Positions 1 to 9,241 of a stretch of 64,000 nt of DNA are shown here, piece after piece. This DNA is from Candidatus Pelethousia sp. (lineage in GTDB: Bacteria > Bacillota > Clostridia > Christensenellales > CAG-138). The stretch covers positions 842-64,841 of the forward strand of contig JAYFPE010000004.1 of the NCBI GenBank assembly GCA_034928145.1, in the 5' to 3' direction. Position 1 is the stretch's first letter. Each line of letters starts with the position of its first letter. The notes under the pieces were generated by a model. That model worked only from the letters and a program-made list of their open reading frames with translations, was not told the DNA's origin and did not search any database. The position numbers were made by a program, and so were the translations under genes.

Positions 1-113
1 GGGCCTCGCGCTCGCTGACCGCTCTTAAAAAAGGGACACCGGAAAAGCGCCCGAGGCAACAGCCCCTGCGTCTGGCTATGGAATTCTAATCCCATTTTCC
101 ATTCCTTAAATTG

Positions 114-151
114 AAAAAACGCGCCGGTGATATGTCACCGACGCGCATTTT
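114..151 (-). terminator. Rho-independent terminator of SRP RNA
   Basis: Minus-strand hairpin GCGCGTCGGTGA / TCACCGGCGCG followed by TTTTTT, immediately 3' of the SRP RNA. Confidence 0.7.
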
Positions 152-157
152 CCACAA

Positions 158-427
158 GGCCGCGCACCCATTCTTCGACGCTACTCCTACAGACGGTCCT
201 CTCGCAGGTGACTCCACCCGGGCAACCCTGCGGCACACCCAAACGACTGCTTAATGCTGCTGCCTTCCGGCCCTGACATGGTTCACAGGGTTGAATTGCA
301 CAGGACTCGGGCCTCAACGCTCCTTACGGGAGCCTGCCCCACAGGAACATGCCTTGGATCGGGAATTCCGCCCTGCTATAGCGGATTGCAGGTACAGGGC
401 ACCGCTAACTCCCCGCCTAGCGCGGCA
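158..427 (-). ncRNA. ffs: Signal recognition particle RNA, long Bacillus-type (scRNA) with Alu domain
   Basis: Minus strand reads GCUAGGCGGGGAGUUAGCGGUGCCCUGUACCUGCAAUCCGCUAUAGCAGGGCGGAAUUCCC, nearly identical to the B. subtilis scRNA Alu domain as I recall it. It also reads CCAUGUCAGGGCCGGAAGGCAGCAGCAUUAAG (domain IV). The termini pair (GCCGCGC/GCGCGGC). Ends are approximate. Confidence 0.85.
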
Positions 428-432
428 TACCT

Positions 433-461
433 ATTTTAACCCGAATGCGGATAAAATACAA
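433..461 (-). promoter_or_regulatory. Sigma-A type promoter of SRP RNA
   Basis: Minus strand TTGTAT-17 nt-TAAAAT. The predicted start lies about 7 nt downstream, at the GCCGCGC 5' end. Confidence 0.55.
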
Positions 462-490
462 CCATCCGGCCATATTTGCTTTTTCCACTT

Positions 491-1096
491 TTAGGATTGG
501 GGCGCTGCGTAGCGCGGGTAAATGAAGCGGCTGGCCGGCTGGGGCGTGAGGGCGTTGGGCAGGTCGTGCAGATTGCCTACGTACACGCAGCGCGCGCCGG
601 GGAAGTGGGCCAGCATGCTGGGCCGCACACGCGCAGGGTTGAGAAAGGGCTGGGCCTCGGCGCAGGCGGGAATAGCCCCGGCCTCCAGCAACGCCCGCAC
701 CACAAATTCGGAGCAGAAGCAGGCCTGCTTGCCGCGATAGGATTTGCCGAAGTAATTGGCGGCTGCGCCTAAGTAATTATACCGCCAGCGAAAACGGTGC
801 GCATAGAGGCTATCCATATTGGCGCAGAGGCGCGCGTGCGCTTCCTCGGAGACGCGCAGCTCAAACACGGCGCAGGGCGCGTCGGGGTTATCGCCATAGA
901 TGCCGCCATCCACCCGCTCCTTCACGAAACCACCAATGCAGGGCATGCGCCGCCAGCGGCGCGCAAAGCTATACATGCGGGAAAGATCGCGATTGAGGGC
1001 CAGGGAGGCGTGGGTATAGGGATCGCCTGTGGCTATATGAATGGCCCGGGAGAAAAACGTCTCCGTACGGGCGAGCAGAATGTATACGGAAGGCAT
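491..1096 (-). CDS. Permuted papain-fold (NlpC/P60 superfamily, YiiX/YaeF-like) hydrolase
   Basis: 201-aa ORF. An N-terminal His context (DPYTHASLAL) and a C-terminal Cys context (ACFCSEFVVRAL) occur in the permuted order typical of YiiX-like enzymes. Family call is from memory. Confidence 0.5.
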   Translation of the reverse strand: MPSVYILLARTETFFSRAIHIATGDPYTHASLALNRDLSRMYSFARRWRRMPCIGGFVKERVDGGIYGDNPDAPCAVFELRVSEEAHARLCANMDSLYAHRFRWRYNYLGAAANYFGKSYRGKQACFCSEFVVRALLEAGAIPACAEAQPFLNPARVRPSMLAHFPGARCVYVGNLHDLPNALTPQPASRFIYPRYAAPQS

Positions 1097-1369
1097 AATA
1101 TGCTCCTCTCAATAGGCTAGGTCAAGCATAACAAACAAATATCAACAAAGTAACAACGCGGCATTAAATGGGGATTAACCACGCTTTAAAATTTTATTAA
1201 GGGCCAAGAGCAGGAGGAAACCGGAACAAGCCGCCGCGCTTCGGGCGCTTATAGCAAAAAGATCGGCTTCCCCGCGCGAATTTCCAGACTTATTATCGCA
1301 TAGATCCCTTAAAATCGCCACCACTATATATTGGGTACACGGCGTAAAAAAGGGAGCGGATTTCCCTAT

Positions 1370-1398
1370 TTGACCGGGTGAGGCAAAGATGGTACTAT
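1370..1398 (+). promoter_or_regulatory. Sigma-A type promoter
   Basis: TTGACC-17 nt-TACTAT in the AT-rich intergenic region upstream of the membrane-protein/decarboxylase genes. Confidence 0.5.
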
Positions 1399-1436
1399 AA
1401 AATTATCCATATGAAATACGCGCAAGGAGAATGCCG

Positions 1437-2009
1437 ATGCTGCAAGAGCGCAATGAAAGCCGCGCCACCCGGGCTCTGGATCTGCTGCTAGTCACGATCC
1501 TTTTCCTGCTGGTGCTGCTGGCGCGGGCCTTTAGCAGGGCCGCAGAGCTACATGCCTGGCGTGGCGTGACGCAGCTGGTTTTTTTCCTTGCGTTCGTCAT
1601 TCTGGGCGGCCTGTTTTACAAAAAGCGTCTGCTTTCCTACCGCTATACCTTCTTCCATACAGAGCCGGGGATGAGCGCCGAAGGTAGCCAATATCCCTTC
1701 CCGGCGGGCACGCTGCTGCTGGAACAGATGCTGGGCGACCGGCCCCAAACGACCCAGGTGGCGATTGCCAAGGAGATGCTCGCCTTCTTTTCTCCCGACG
1801 GCGCCAGCGCCATCGGCATCATCCCTTCCGGCGCGAAGGGGGCAAAGCAGCCCAGGCTGCGCAAGCTCGTGATGACCACAGGGCCGCGGCGCAAGGCGCA
1901 TTCGCTGATCTTCTGCCAGCAGGGCAAGTATTATAGACTGTATTTCAACCCTTCCGATGAAATGGCGCGGCTGCTCGGCAAAACGATCGCGGCCGCACAC
2001 AAACCATGA
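1437..2009 (+). CDS. Hypothetical membrane protein (2 TM helices plus soluble C-terminal domain)
   Basis: AAGGAGA lies 6 nt before the ATG at 1437 (the ORF opens at 1431). There are two hydrophobic helices. A 4-nt ATGA overlap with the next gene suggests co-translation. Confidence 0.5.
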   Translation: MLQERNESRATRALDLLLVTILFLLVLLARAFSRAAELHAWRGVTQLVFFLAFVILGGLFYKKRLLSYRYTFFHTEPGMSAEGSQYPFPAGTLLLEQMLGDRPQTTQVAIAKEMLAFFSPDGASAIGIIPSGAKGAKQPRLRKLVMTTGPRRKAHSLIFCQQGKYYRLYFNPSDEMARLLGKTIAAAHKP

Positions 2010-3418
2010 GCAGGCAGCGGCGTTATGGCCGCACGCTGCCAGAAACGCTGGGCGAATATAGCCGGCGCGGCCCGGCCCGTTTCCACATGCCCGGCCATAA
2101 AGGCCAGGATGCGCCCTTTGCCGGCAAGCTGGCGGGCTGGGATATTACAGAGTTGGATGGAACGGACGACCTGGCGGGCCCACAGGGCGTGATCGCCCGC
2201 ACGGAACGCGAATATGCCGAGGCCTATGGCGCGAAAGCCAGCCTGCTGCTGGTAGGCGGCAGCACGGCCGGACTGAGTACGATGGCCCTCGCGCTGGGGC
2301 AAAAGAAACGGGTGCTCCTGGGCCGGGATTGCCACAAGGCCGCTCTGGCCGCTCTGGCCCTGGCGGATCATGCGGCGGCATTCTTGCTGCCGGCCTATGA
2401 CGAAGCTTGCGGCATCGCGGGCATGCTCACGCCGGAGCAAGTGCACGAGACCCTTAGTGAGAAGCCCGCGGACGCGGTGCTGATCACCAGCCCGAATTAT
2501 TACGGCATGTGCGCGGATCTGGCGGCTATTGCGGATGCGGCCCACGCCCACGGCGCGTTGCTCCTGGTAGACGCCGCGCACGGCGCGCATTTCCCCTTCT
2601 CCAAGCGCCTGCCCGATTTCCCTAGCGAAAAAGTGGATATGTGGTGCGTGAGCGCGCACAAAACGCTTTCCGCCTTCACCCAGAGCGCGGTGCTGCACCT
2701 TGGGCCCTGCTGCCCCATTTCCGTGGAGCAGGCGCGCCGCATGCGCAATATCGTGCAGACCACCAGCCCCAGTTATCTTTTGATGGTGAGTCTCGACCGA
2801 GCCCTGAACCTTGCTAAGACCCTCGGCTTTGAAAAGCATTTGGACCGAATCGAGATCCTGCGGCAACGAATCGACCGCATTAACGGCCTAAAGGTGCTGG
2901 GCAACGCATGCCTGGGCCATGGCATCGTGGATACAGACCCTACTCGCTTGGTGATCGACGTAACAGAGCGGGGTATTGATGGGCGCCTGGCGGACGCCTG
3001 CCTTACGGAGGCGGGGGTGGTGTGCGAAATGAGCGATGCCTACCACCTGGTGCTAATCACCACGCCCCAGGATCCTGACGAATGGTATGACCGGCTGATA
3101 CATGGCCTCACGCACCTGCCCTACGGCACAAAAACGATTATCAAGGAGCCGCCCTTCCGGCCCGTTGGCCTTCGGGTGTGCTCGTTGCGGCAGGCCATGC
3201 TGGGGCCTATAGAGAGCGTGCCCCTTGCCGGGGCGGTGGGCCGCATTGCGGCCAGCCCGGCCGGGGTCTATCCACCGGGCCTGGCGGCTCTGGTGCCGGG
3301 CGAGCGTATCGAAGCGGCCGTGGCGGATCATCTTTTGCGCCAGCAGGCTCTGGGATTTTCCCTCTTCGGCGTGGATGGAGGCCGCATCGGTTGCGTCCGG
3401 GAGGAAACGGTACTATAA
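2006..3418 (+). CDS. PLP-dependent Orn/Lys/Arg decarboxylase family protein (YaaO-like)
   Basis: 470 aa. It has the FHMPGHKG N-terminal motif and the SAHKT PLP-lysine motif. Its position upstream of darA-holB-ricT matches Bacillus yaaO. Confidence 0.8.
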   Translation: MSRQRRYGRTLPETLGEYSRRGPARFHMPGHKGQDAPFAGKLAGWDITELDGTDDLAGPQGVIARTEREYAEAYGAKASLLLVGGSTAGLSTMALALGQKKRVLLGRDCHKAALAALALADHAAAFLLPAYDEACGIAGMLTPEQVHETLSEKPADAVLITSPNYYGMCADLAAIADAAHAHGALLLVDAAHGAHFPFSKRLPDFPSEKVDMWCVSAHKTLSAFTQSAVLHLGPCCPISVEQARRMRNIVQTTSPSYLLMVSLDRALNLAKTLGFEKHLDRIEILRQRIDRINGLKVLGNACLGHGIVDTDPTRLVIDVTERGIDGRLADACLTEAGVVCEMSDAYHLVLITTPQDPDEWYDRLIHGLTHLPYGTKTIIKEPPFRPVGLRVCSLRQAMLGPIESVPLAGAVGRIAASPAGVYPPGLAALVPGERIEAAVADHLLRQQALGFSLFGVDGGRIGCVREETVL

Positions 3419-3425
3419 TAAAACT

Positions 3426-4100
3426 ATGCAGATGAAATATACCACCATTCTATTCGACTTTGACGGCACGCTCCTGGAGAGCGGGCCCTGCATCCTCTCC
3501 TCTATGCGCGCCACCTTTAAGCAGATGGGCCTTACGGATCTCGCTTCCCGAAGCGACGAAGCGCTCCGGCCCCTGGTAGGCCCCCCCCTTCGGGAGGGCT
3601 TTGGCGAGATACTAAAGCTGCCGCCGGAGCGGGTGGGGGAAGCGATGGAATTATATCACGATATTTCTTCTACCGAGGCCGCCCTGGCCCTGCTGCGGCC
3701 CTATCCGGGTATACCGGAGATGCTTAGGGCGCTTCGTGCCCGGGGCGCGAAAACAGCCCTGGTCACGGCCAAGCGGCATGAGGTATCCCTGGCGCATCTG
3801 AAGATAGCCGGCCTGACGGAGTTGGTGGATTATGTCGGCGCGCCCGGTACGAATCATGCATGCGACAAAGCCCGGTTGATCGCCGAGGCTATGGAGGCTT
3901 TGGGGGCCGATCCGGCACGCACCGTCATGGTGGGGGATCGGCTATACGACATGGAGGCGGCCGGGTGCACGGGCATACCGAGCGTGGGTGTGCTTTATGG
4001 ATATGGCAGCCGGGTGGAATTGGAGGCCCACGGGGCCGATCACATTGTGGAGAGCGTGGAGCAGCTCTTTGCTCTGCTTACAGAACAGGAGGATATATGA
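3426..4100 (+). CDS. HAD-superfamily hydrolase (phosphoglycolate phosphatase/PpaX-like)
   Basis: ILFDFDGTLLES motif I, VTAKR motif II region and MVGDRLYD motif III/IV. Start set at MQMKY because the upstream part of the ORF overlaps the decarboxylase gene. Confidence 0.75.
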   Translation: MQMKYTTILFDFDGTLLESGPCILSSMRATFKQMGLTDLASRSDEALRPLVGPPLREGFGEILKLPPERVGEAMELYHDISSTEAALALLRPYPGIPEMLRALRARGAKTALVTAKRHEVSLAHLKIAGLTELVDYVGAPGTNHACDKARLIAEAMEALGADPARTVMVGDRLYDMEAAGCTGIPSVGVLYGYGSRVELEAHGADHIVESVEQLFALLTEQEDI

Positions 4101-4423
4101 AACTCATATTCGCCATCGTGCAGAACGACGACTCCAAGCGGCTGATCCGGGATCTTACCAATCGGCACATCAGCGTTACGCGCATCTCGTCTACGGGCGG
4201 CTTCCTCCACGGGGGCAACAGCACGCTGATGATCGGGGTGGAAAAAGATAAGCTGCAGGAAACACTGGATGTAATTAAAGAAAAATCCAGCACCCGCAAG
4301 GAATATATGGTGATCCCCACCTCCCTGCCCGGCTATGTGGACAACGCGCCCACCCCCGTTCAGGTGACGCTGGGCGGAGCCACGGTGTTCGTAGTGGATG
4401 TGGACGAACACTACCGTTTCTAG
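4097..4423 (+). CDS. darA: Cyclic-di-AMP receptor DarA (YaaQ, PII-like)
   Basis: MKLIFAIVQNDDSKRL...STGGFLHGGNSTLMIGVE...GGATVFVVDVDEHYRF aligns along its whole length with B. subtilis YaaQ as I recall it. Confidence 0.9.
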   Translation: MKLIFAIVQNDDSKRLIRDLTNRHISVTRISSTGGFLHGGNSTLMIGVEKDKLQETLDVIKEKSSTRKEYMVIPTSLPGYVDNAPTPVQVTLGGATVFVVDVDEHYRF

Positions 4424-5342
4424 CCCCGTGGCTGTACCCTGCCAAAGCGCGTCCTCGGCGCAGGAGCGCCTTCTCGCCGCCTTGCGGACGGGCCGCTTTC
4501 CGCATGCCTGCTTTGTGGCCTGCCCGGATCCCCTCTTTGCCGAAGGTCTCTGCCGCCGGGCCGCGGCCCTTTGGTGCACGGGCCGGGCGGAAGCGCAGCT
4601 GCTCAAAAGCCTGGTCGATTATACGGAACTGGGCGAGGAGCCCATTCGGGTGGATCGTATCCGCGAGCTGATTGCTGAGCTGCAAAAGCGGCCTTTTGAT
4701 GAAGGCGGCCGCTGCGTATACATCCGCAACGCGCACACCACGTCCGAACCCGTGCAGAATGCCCTTCTAAAAACCTTGGAAGAACCGCCTAAAGGCGTGC
4801 TTTTTTTGCTCACTGGCAACGAGAGCGGGCTGTTGCCCACCATCCGTTCCCGCTGCAGCCGCTTTCTTTGCCCGGCGCCCCAAAGGGAGGAGATCGCCGC
4901 CCTGCTGATTGAGGCGGGGGCTGGCGCGGCTGAGGCGGCCCATTACGCAGCCTGGGGCGGAACCATGGGGCGGGCCCTGCGGCTATATCAAAGCGAGGAT
5001 TTCCGCGCCCTGCGCGAACAAGCGCAGGCGCTTTTATGGGCCCTGCTGCTGGGCCAGCTGCCCCTGGAGGGCGTGAGCGCCCTGGCTAAGGAGGGTACAG
5101 AGGCGGCGGCATTCATGCTTTCCTTACTGCGGGATATGCTATTGTGTAAACAAGGCCTGCTTGCCACGGAGAACCCTGAGCGGCAAGCGGAGATCGCCAA
5201 GCTTGCGCGGCGCTTTACAAGCGGGCGGATAACCTGTATCATAAATATACTGGCGGACGGGCTGGAAAGGCTGGCTGGAAACGCTTCGGCGCAGGCCACC
5301 TTCACAAGCCTATTCACACAAATTGCAGAGGAGATTTCTTAA
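4398..5342 (+). CDS. holB: DNA polymerase III delta-prime subunit
   Basis: Sits between darA and ricT as in Bacillus. Shows an AAA+-like layout with TLEEPP and IRSRC (sensor) motifs. Start is uncertain: ATG at 4398 or GTG at 4428. Confidence 0.65.
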   Translation: MWTNTTVSSPVAVPCQSASSAQERLLAALRTGRFPHACFVACPDPLFAEGLCRRAAALWCTGRAEAQLLKSLVDYTELGEEPIRVDRIRELIAELQKRPFDEGGRCVYIRNAHTTSEPVQNALLKTLEEPPKGVLFLLTGNESGLLPTIRSRCSRFLCPAPQREEIAALLIEAGAGAAEAAHYAAWGGTMGRALRLYQSEDFRALREQAQALLWALLLGQLPLEGVSALAKEGTEAAAFMLSLLRDMLLCKQGLLATENPERQAEIAKLARRFTSGRITCIINILADGLERLAGNASAQATFTSLFTQIAEEIS

Positions 5343-5347
5343 ATATA

Positions 5348-6409
5348 ATGAAAACCGTGATCGGTGTAAAATTTCGGGGCGGCAGCAAGGTCTACTATTT
5401 CGACCCTGGCGAGCTGCCCGTGCAGGAAGGGGACGGCGTGATCGTGGAGACCGCCCGGGGGGTAGAATTCGGGGATGTGGTCAACGGCCCTCACGAGGTG
5501 GAGGAAAACCAGATTTTTGCGCCGCTTAAGGCCGTGGAGCGCATCGCCACGCAAAAAGACCATGAGATGCGCGCACAGAACGCCGCTACGGAAAAGGACG
5601 CCTTCACCACCTGCATGGAAAAGATCCAGGCGCGGGGCCTCGATATGAAGCTGGTGGATGTGGAATACAGCTTCAACGGTTCCAAGGTTGTATTTTATTT
5701 CACAGCGGATGGCAGGGTGGATTTTCGCGAACTGGTCAAGGATTTGGCCAGCGTGCTAAAAACGCGCATCGAGCTTAGGCAGATCGGCGTGCGGGACGAG
5801 GCCAAGATGCTGGGCGGCCTGGGCAGTTGCGGCAGGCCGGTCTGCTGCAAAACCTTTTTAGCCGATTTTCAGCCCGTTTCTATCAAGATGGCCAAGGAGC
5901 AGAACCTCTCGCTTTCGCCCACCAAGATATCCGGCATCTGCGGGCGGCTGATGTGCTGCCTCAAATACGAGCAGGATTGCTATGAAAGCATGCGCAAGAT
6001 GATGCCTAAGGTAGGCAAGGATGTGACCACGCCAGAGGGCATGACGGGCATGGCTGTGGAAAACAACGTGCTCACGGAAAAGACCAAGGTCAAGCTGCTG
6101 CTGCCGGACGGTTCCATCGACATCCGCGAATACCCCTTCCGCGAGCTGGGCTACCGTTCCCGGCCCGCACAGGCGCAGCAACCCCGCGAGGCGGATGAGT
6201 CGGTGGACATGCCGGCAGAGTATCTCGAGCAGGCTGAGGCCGAAAGCGCGCCCGCGCCTACGCAAGCAGAGCAGCCGGCGGAAGAAAAGCCGGAAGAAGA
6301 TAAGCGGCCCACGCGCAGCAACCGATCCCGCCGCCGCAGATCGGGCAGTAACCGGCCCCGGCCCAATGGAGAGGCGGCCCCGCAAAGCCCCCGCGCGCCC
6401 CAAGCGTAA
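5348..6409 (+). CDS. ricT: PSP1-domain regulator RicT (YaaT)
   Basis: VIGVKFRGGSKVYYFDP, FYFTADGRVDFRELVKDLA, IELRQIGVRDEAKMLGG and CGRLMCCLKYE closely match B. subtilis YaaT. The protein has a long acidic/basic low-complexity tail. Confidence 0.9.
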   Translation: MKTVIGVKFRGGSKVYYFDPGELPVQEGDGVIVETARGVEFGDVVNGPHEVEENQIFAPLKAVERIATQKDHEMRAQNAATEKDAFTTCMEKIQARGLDMKLVDVEYSFNGSKVVFYFTADGRVDFRELVKDLASVLKTRIELRQIGVRDEAKMLGGLGSCGRPVCCKTFLADFQPVSIKMAKEQNLSLSPTKISGICGRLMCCLKYEQDCYESMRKMMPKVGKDVTTPEGMTGMAVENNVLTEKTKVKLLLPDGSIDIREYPFRELGYRSRPAQAQQPREADESVDMPAEYLEQAEAESAPAPTQAEQPAEEKPEEDKRPTRSNRSRRRRSGSNRPRPNGEAAPQSPRAPQA

Positions 6410-6560
6410 AGCCGGCGGCCCTCTCTAATAAGGAGCCGGAAAAGGCGTACCCCTGTGTTGGTAAAAATAAAAAGCCAACAAACAGCCTTAACCAAAACAG
6501 CCGCCACGAACGCCAGACCCCGCACACGCGCCGCCCGCGCAGGGCCGCCTGCGCGGGGCC

Positions 6561-6588
6561 TTGACAATATTGGTTTCCGTGCTACAAT
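6561..6588 (+). promoter_or_regulatory. Near-consensus sigma-A promoter of ferredoxin gene
   Basis: TTGACA-16 nt-TACAAT. Confidence 0.65.
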
Positions 6589-6620
6589 ATTTGTGAAAAC
6601 CATATGGAGGTATATCATTC

Positions 6621-6791
6621 ATGGCATATGTGATCAACGAGGAATGCATCAGCTGCGGCGCTTGCGAAGCCGCGTGCCCGGTCAGCGCCATCTCCCAGGG
6701 CGACGATCGTTATGTGATCGACGCCGATTTGTGCATCGATTGCGGCGCTTGCGCGAGCACCTGCCCGGTTGATGCGCCCAACCCCCAATAA
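6621..6791 (+). CDS. 2x[4Fe-4S] clostridial-type ferredoxin (56 aa)
   Basis: Hand translation gives MAYVINEECISCGACEAACPVSAISQGDDRYVIDADLCIDCGACASTCPVDAPNPQ, which has two CxxCxxCxxxCP motifs. GGAGG RBS upstream. It is below the 60-aa cutoff of the ORF track. Confidence 0.85.
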   Translation: MAYVINEECISCGACEAACPVSAISQGDDRYVIDADLCIDCGACASTCPVDAPNPQ

Positions 6792-6810
6792 TTCGTTTAT
6801 TCGGGTGCAA

Positions 6811-6844
6811 AGGGTCCATCCCAGCGATGGGCCCTTTCTTTTTA
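6811..6844 (+). terminator. Rho-independent terminator
   Basis: GGGTCCATC-loop-GATGGGCCC followed by TTTCTTTTT. Confidence 0.65.
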
Positions 6845-6871
6845 CCCTAATCACATAAAGGAATCAAGTGA

Positions 6872-8227
6872 ATGGAGAAACAGCCGGAAAACAAGATGGG
6901 CAAGCAGCAAATCGGCCCCCTGATGCTTAAAATGTCCTTGCCGATGATGGTGTCCATGCTGGTGCAGGCTTTGTATAATATTGTGGACAGCATCTTCGTG
7001 GCCAAACTGAGCGAAAGCGCCTTTACGGCGGTTTCGCTGGTGTTCCCTTACCAGATGCTGGTGATATCCGTGGCGGTGGGCACGGGCGTGGGCGTAAGCG
7101 CGCTGGCCGCGCGCCGCCTGGGCGAGAAAGGACAGGTTGAAGCCAATGTGGCCGCAGCCCACGGCCAGTTTTTGGCGTTGGTAAGCGGGCTGGCCTTTTC
7201 GGCCATCTTTGCTCTGTTCACACCGGCGCTGATTCGCCTGTTCAAGCCGGATGCGGAAATTTACGCCCATGCCTGCACCTATCTATCTTGGGTAGGCGTA
7301 CCCAGCGTGTTCGTGGTGCTCCAATGCATGTATGAGAAGATCCTCCAGGCCACGGGCGACGCCCTCCATTCCATGCTCGCCCAACTGGCCGGGGCCGTGT
7401 TCAACATCATTTTCGACCCCATATTGATTTTCGGCCTATTCGGCTTCCCCAAGTTGGGCGTGGCCGGGGCAGCCATCGCTACGGTGGCCGGGCAGGCCCT
7501 TGGAATGGGCCTGGGCTTTTATTATCTGCATAAAAAGAATACTTTCATCGATATCTCAATGAAGGGCTTCAGGCCGGATCGGGCCGTGATCCGTGAGATT
7601 TACAGGGTGGGCCTGCCCAGCGTCATCATGCGCTCCATCACCTCGCTGACCAGCTTTGGCATGAACCAGATCCTCATGGGTCTTACCCCTACGGCAGTGA
7701 GCGTGATGGGCGCTTATTCCAAGCTCGAATCCTTTGTATTCATGCCCGTGTTCGGCCTAAGCAGCGGCGCGATGCCCATCATCAGCTATAATTATGGCGC
7801 GCGCAGCCGAGAGCGTGTTCTGAGCGCCCTTAAATATAGCTGCCTATACGCCGGCCTCATCCTCTGCGGCGGCATGGCGCTGTTCCTGCTGTTTGCAAAG
7901 GAATTCCTGCTGCTGTTCAATGCTTCGGAACATATGCTGGCCATCGGTGTGCCGGCCTTGCGCATCATCAGCCTGGGCTTTCCGGCGGCGGCGCTGGGCA
8001 TCATGTTCTCTACCTTCTTTCAATCCATCGGCAACGGCGGGCTAAGCCTCTTGGTTTCCACCTGCCGCCAGTTGGTCATCATCCTGCCGGTGGCCTACTT
8101 CCTTTCCGATATCTTTGGCCTCACGGCGGCCTGGGCGGCTTATCCCACCGCGGAGTACATCGCCCTATGCATCAGCGCCATTCTCCTTAGGCGGGTGATA
8201 CGAACCTGCATTGAACCCTTGGCATGA
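6872..8227 (+). CDS. MATE family efflux transporter
   Basis: 451 aa and about 12 TM helices. The N-terminus (PMMVSMLVQALYNIVDSIFV) and the duplicated half are typical of MATE/NorM-like proteins. Confidence 0.85.
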   Translation: MEKQPENKMGKQQIGPLMLKMSLPMMVSMLVQALYNIVDSIFVAKLSESAFTAVSLVFPYQMLVISVAVGTGVGVSALAARRLGEKGQVEANVAAAHGQFLALVSGLAFSAIFALFTPALIRLFKPDAEIYAHACTYLSWVGVPSVFVVLQCMYEKILQATGDALHSMLAQLAGAVFNIIFDPILIFGLFGFPKLGVAGAAIATVAGQALGMGLGFYYLHKKNTFIDISMKGFRPDRAVIREIYRVGLPSVIMRSITSLTSFGMNQILMGLTPTAVSVMGAYSKLESFVFMPVFGLSSGAMPIISYNYGARSRERVLSALKYSCLYAGLILCGGMALFLLFAKEFLLLFNASEHMLAIGVPALRIISLGFPAAALGIMFSTFFQSIGNGGLSLLVSTCRQLVIILPVAYFLSDIFGLTAAWAAYPTAEYIALCISAILLRRVIRTCIEPLA

Positions 8228-8241
8228 TCGGCATAAAATAA

Positions 8242-8280
8242 GGGGCTGCCGCACGTAATTTTCGCGCGGCAGCCCTTTAT
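8242..8280. terminator. Bidirectional terminator between convergent MATE and psuG genes
   Basis: GGGCTGCCGC-13 nt-GCGGCAGCCC flanked by an A-run and a T-run. Confidence 0.6.
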
Positions 8281-8296
8281 ATTGCATATTCGATCG

Positions 8297-9205
8297 TTAC
8301 CCCAACAGCGCGGCGATCCTGGCGGCCAGCTTGACGTTGTTATAAACCAGGGCGATGTTGCTCTCGAGGCTCTTGCCCCCGGTAGCGTCCTTAATGCGAC
8401 CCAGGAGGAAGGGGGTGATCTCCTTTCCATGGATACCCTGCGCATTCGCCTCGGCCACGGCGGAATCGATCACGCCGTTGATGTAGGCCGGATCCATGCT
8501 GTATTCCTCGGGGATGGGGTTGACGATCAGCGTACCGTGGCCCAGGTTCAGCGCGTGGCTGACGCGCAGCGTGGCGGCGATCTCCTCGGGGGTATCCATG
8601 CGGCAATCCACGTTAAAGCCGCTGGTGCGGGTGTAGAATGCGGGCAATTCCGACGTGCCGTAGCCGATCACAGGCACGCCCTTGGTTTCGAGGTATTCCA
8701 ACGTAAGGCCCAGGTCGAGGATGCTCTTGGCCCCGGCGCAGATCACGGCCACCTCCGTGCGGCCCAGCTCTTCGAGGTCCGCCGAGATATCCATGGTGGT
8801 TTCGGCCCCGCGGTGCACGCCGCCGATGCCGCCCGTGGCAAAGATGCGCACACCCGCGAGCTTAGCGAGGATCATGGTGGCGGCCACGGTGGTGGCCCCA
8901 TCCTGCTTTTCGGCGATCAGGCGGGCGATATCCCGCCTGCTAGCCTTGGCCACGCGCTGGCCCGCCTTGCCCAGGTATTCGAGCTGCTCTTCTTCGAGGC
9001 CCACGCAAAGCCTGCCGCCCAATATGGCGCACGTGGCCGGCACAGATCCGTTTTCGCGGATGAGGCGCTCACAGGTGCGGGCCATTTCAACGTTTTGCGG
9101 GTAAGGCATGCCGTGGGAGATGATGGTGCTTTCCAGGGCCACCACAGGCCGGCCTGTTTCCAGGGCCTCCGCCACTTCCCGGGATAGCTTGAGGTATTCG
9201 TTCAT
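8297..9205 (-). CDS. psuG: Pseudouridine-5'-phosphate glycosidase
   Basis: PVVALESTIISHGMPYPQN and GGIGGVHRG motifs. Start set at MNEYLK, which is preceded by GGAGGAAACC. Confidence 0.9.
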   Translation of the reverse strand: MNEYLKLSREVAEALETGRPVVALESTIISHGMPYPQNVEMARTCERLIRENGSVPATCAILGGRLCVGLEEEQLEYLGKAGQRVAKASRRDIARLIAEKQDGATTVAATMILAKLAGVRIFATGGIGGVHRGAETTMDISADLEELGRTEVAVICAGAKSILDLGLTLEYLETKGVPVIGYGTSELPAFYTRTSGFNVDCRMDTPEEIAATLRVSHALNLGHGTLIVNPIPEEYSMDPAYINGVIDSAVAEANAQGIHGKEITPFLLGRIKDATGGKSLESNIALVYNNVKLAARIAALLG

Positions 9206-9241
9206 GGTTTCCTCCAGTCGCATAAGTCGTATCATAGGATT

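Noticed and set aside
135-494. Four overlapping ORFs of 60-98 aa (135-317 minus, 254-439 plus, 291-494 plus, and the start of 476-772 plus).
   Set aside because: They lie on the SRP RNA gene, its promoter and its terminator. The RNA assignment explains the region, and the translations look random.
3225-3425. Upstream extension of the HAD hydrolase ORF. Similar long N-terminal extensions occur in the ORF track for darA (3860), the GT2 gene (14280), gtrA (34143) and tetR (34931).
   Set aside because: The extensions overlap neighbouring genes or intergenic promoters, and their translations are Arg/Gly-rich noise. Internal starts with an RBS give N-termini that match the families.
8282-9187. 301-aa plus-strand ORF antisense to psuG. 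Similar shadow ORFs occur at 1931-2866, 10270-11334, 11583-13040, 14147-15145, 15641-16516 and 16770-17909.
   Set aside because: Each lies opposite a gene with strong family motifs. The translations are Gly/Ala/Arg/His-rich with no motifs. Long stop-free antisense frames are expected in GC-rich coding DNA.
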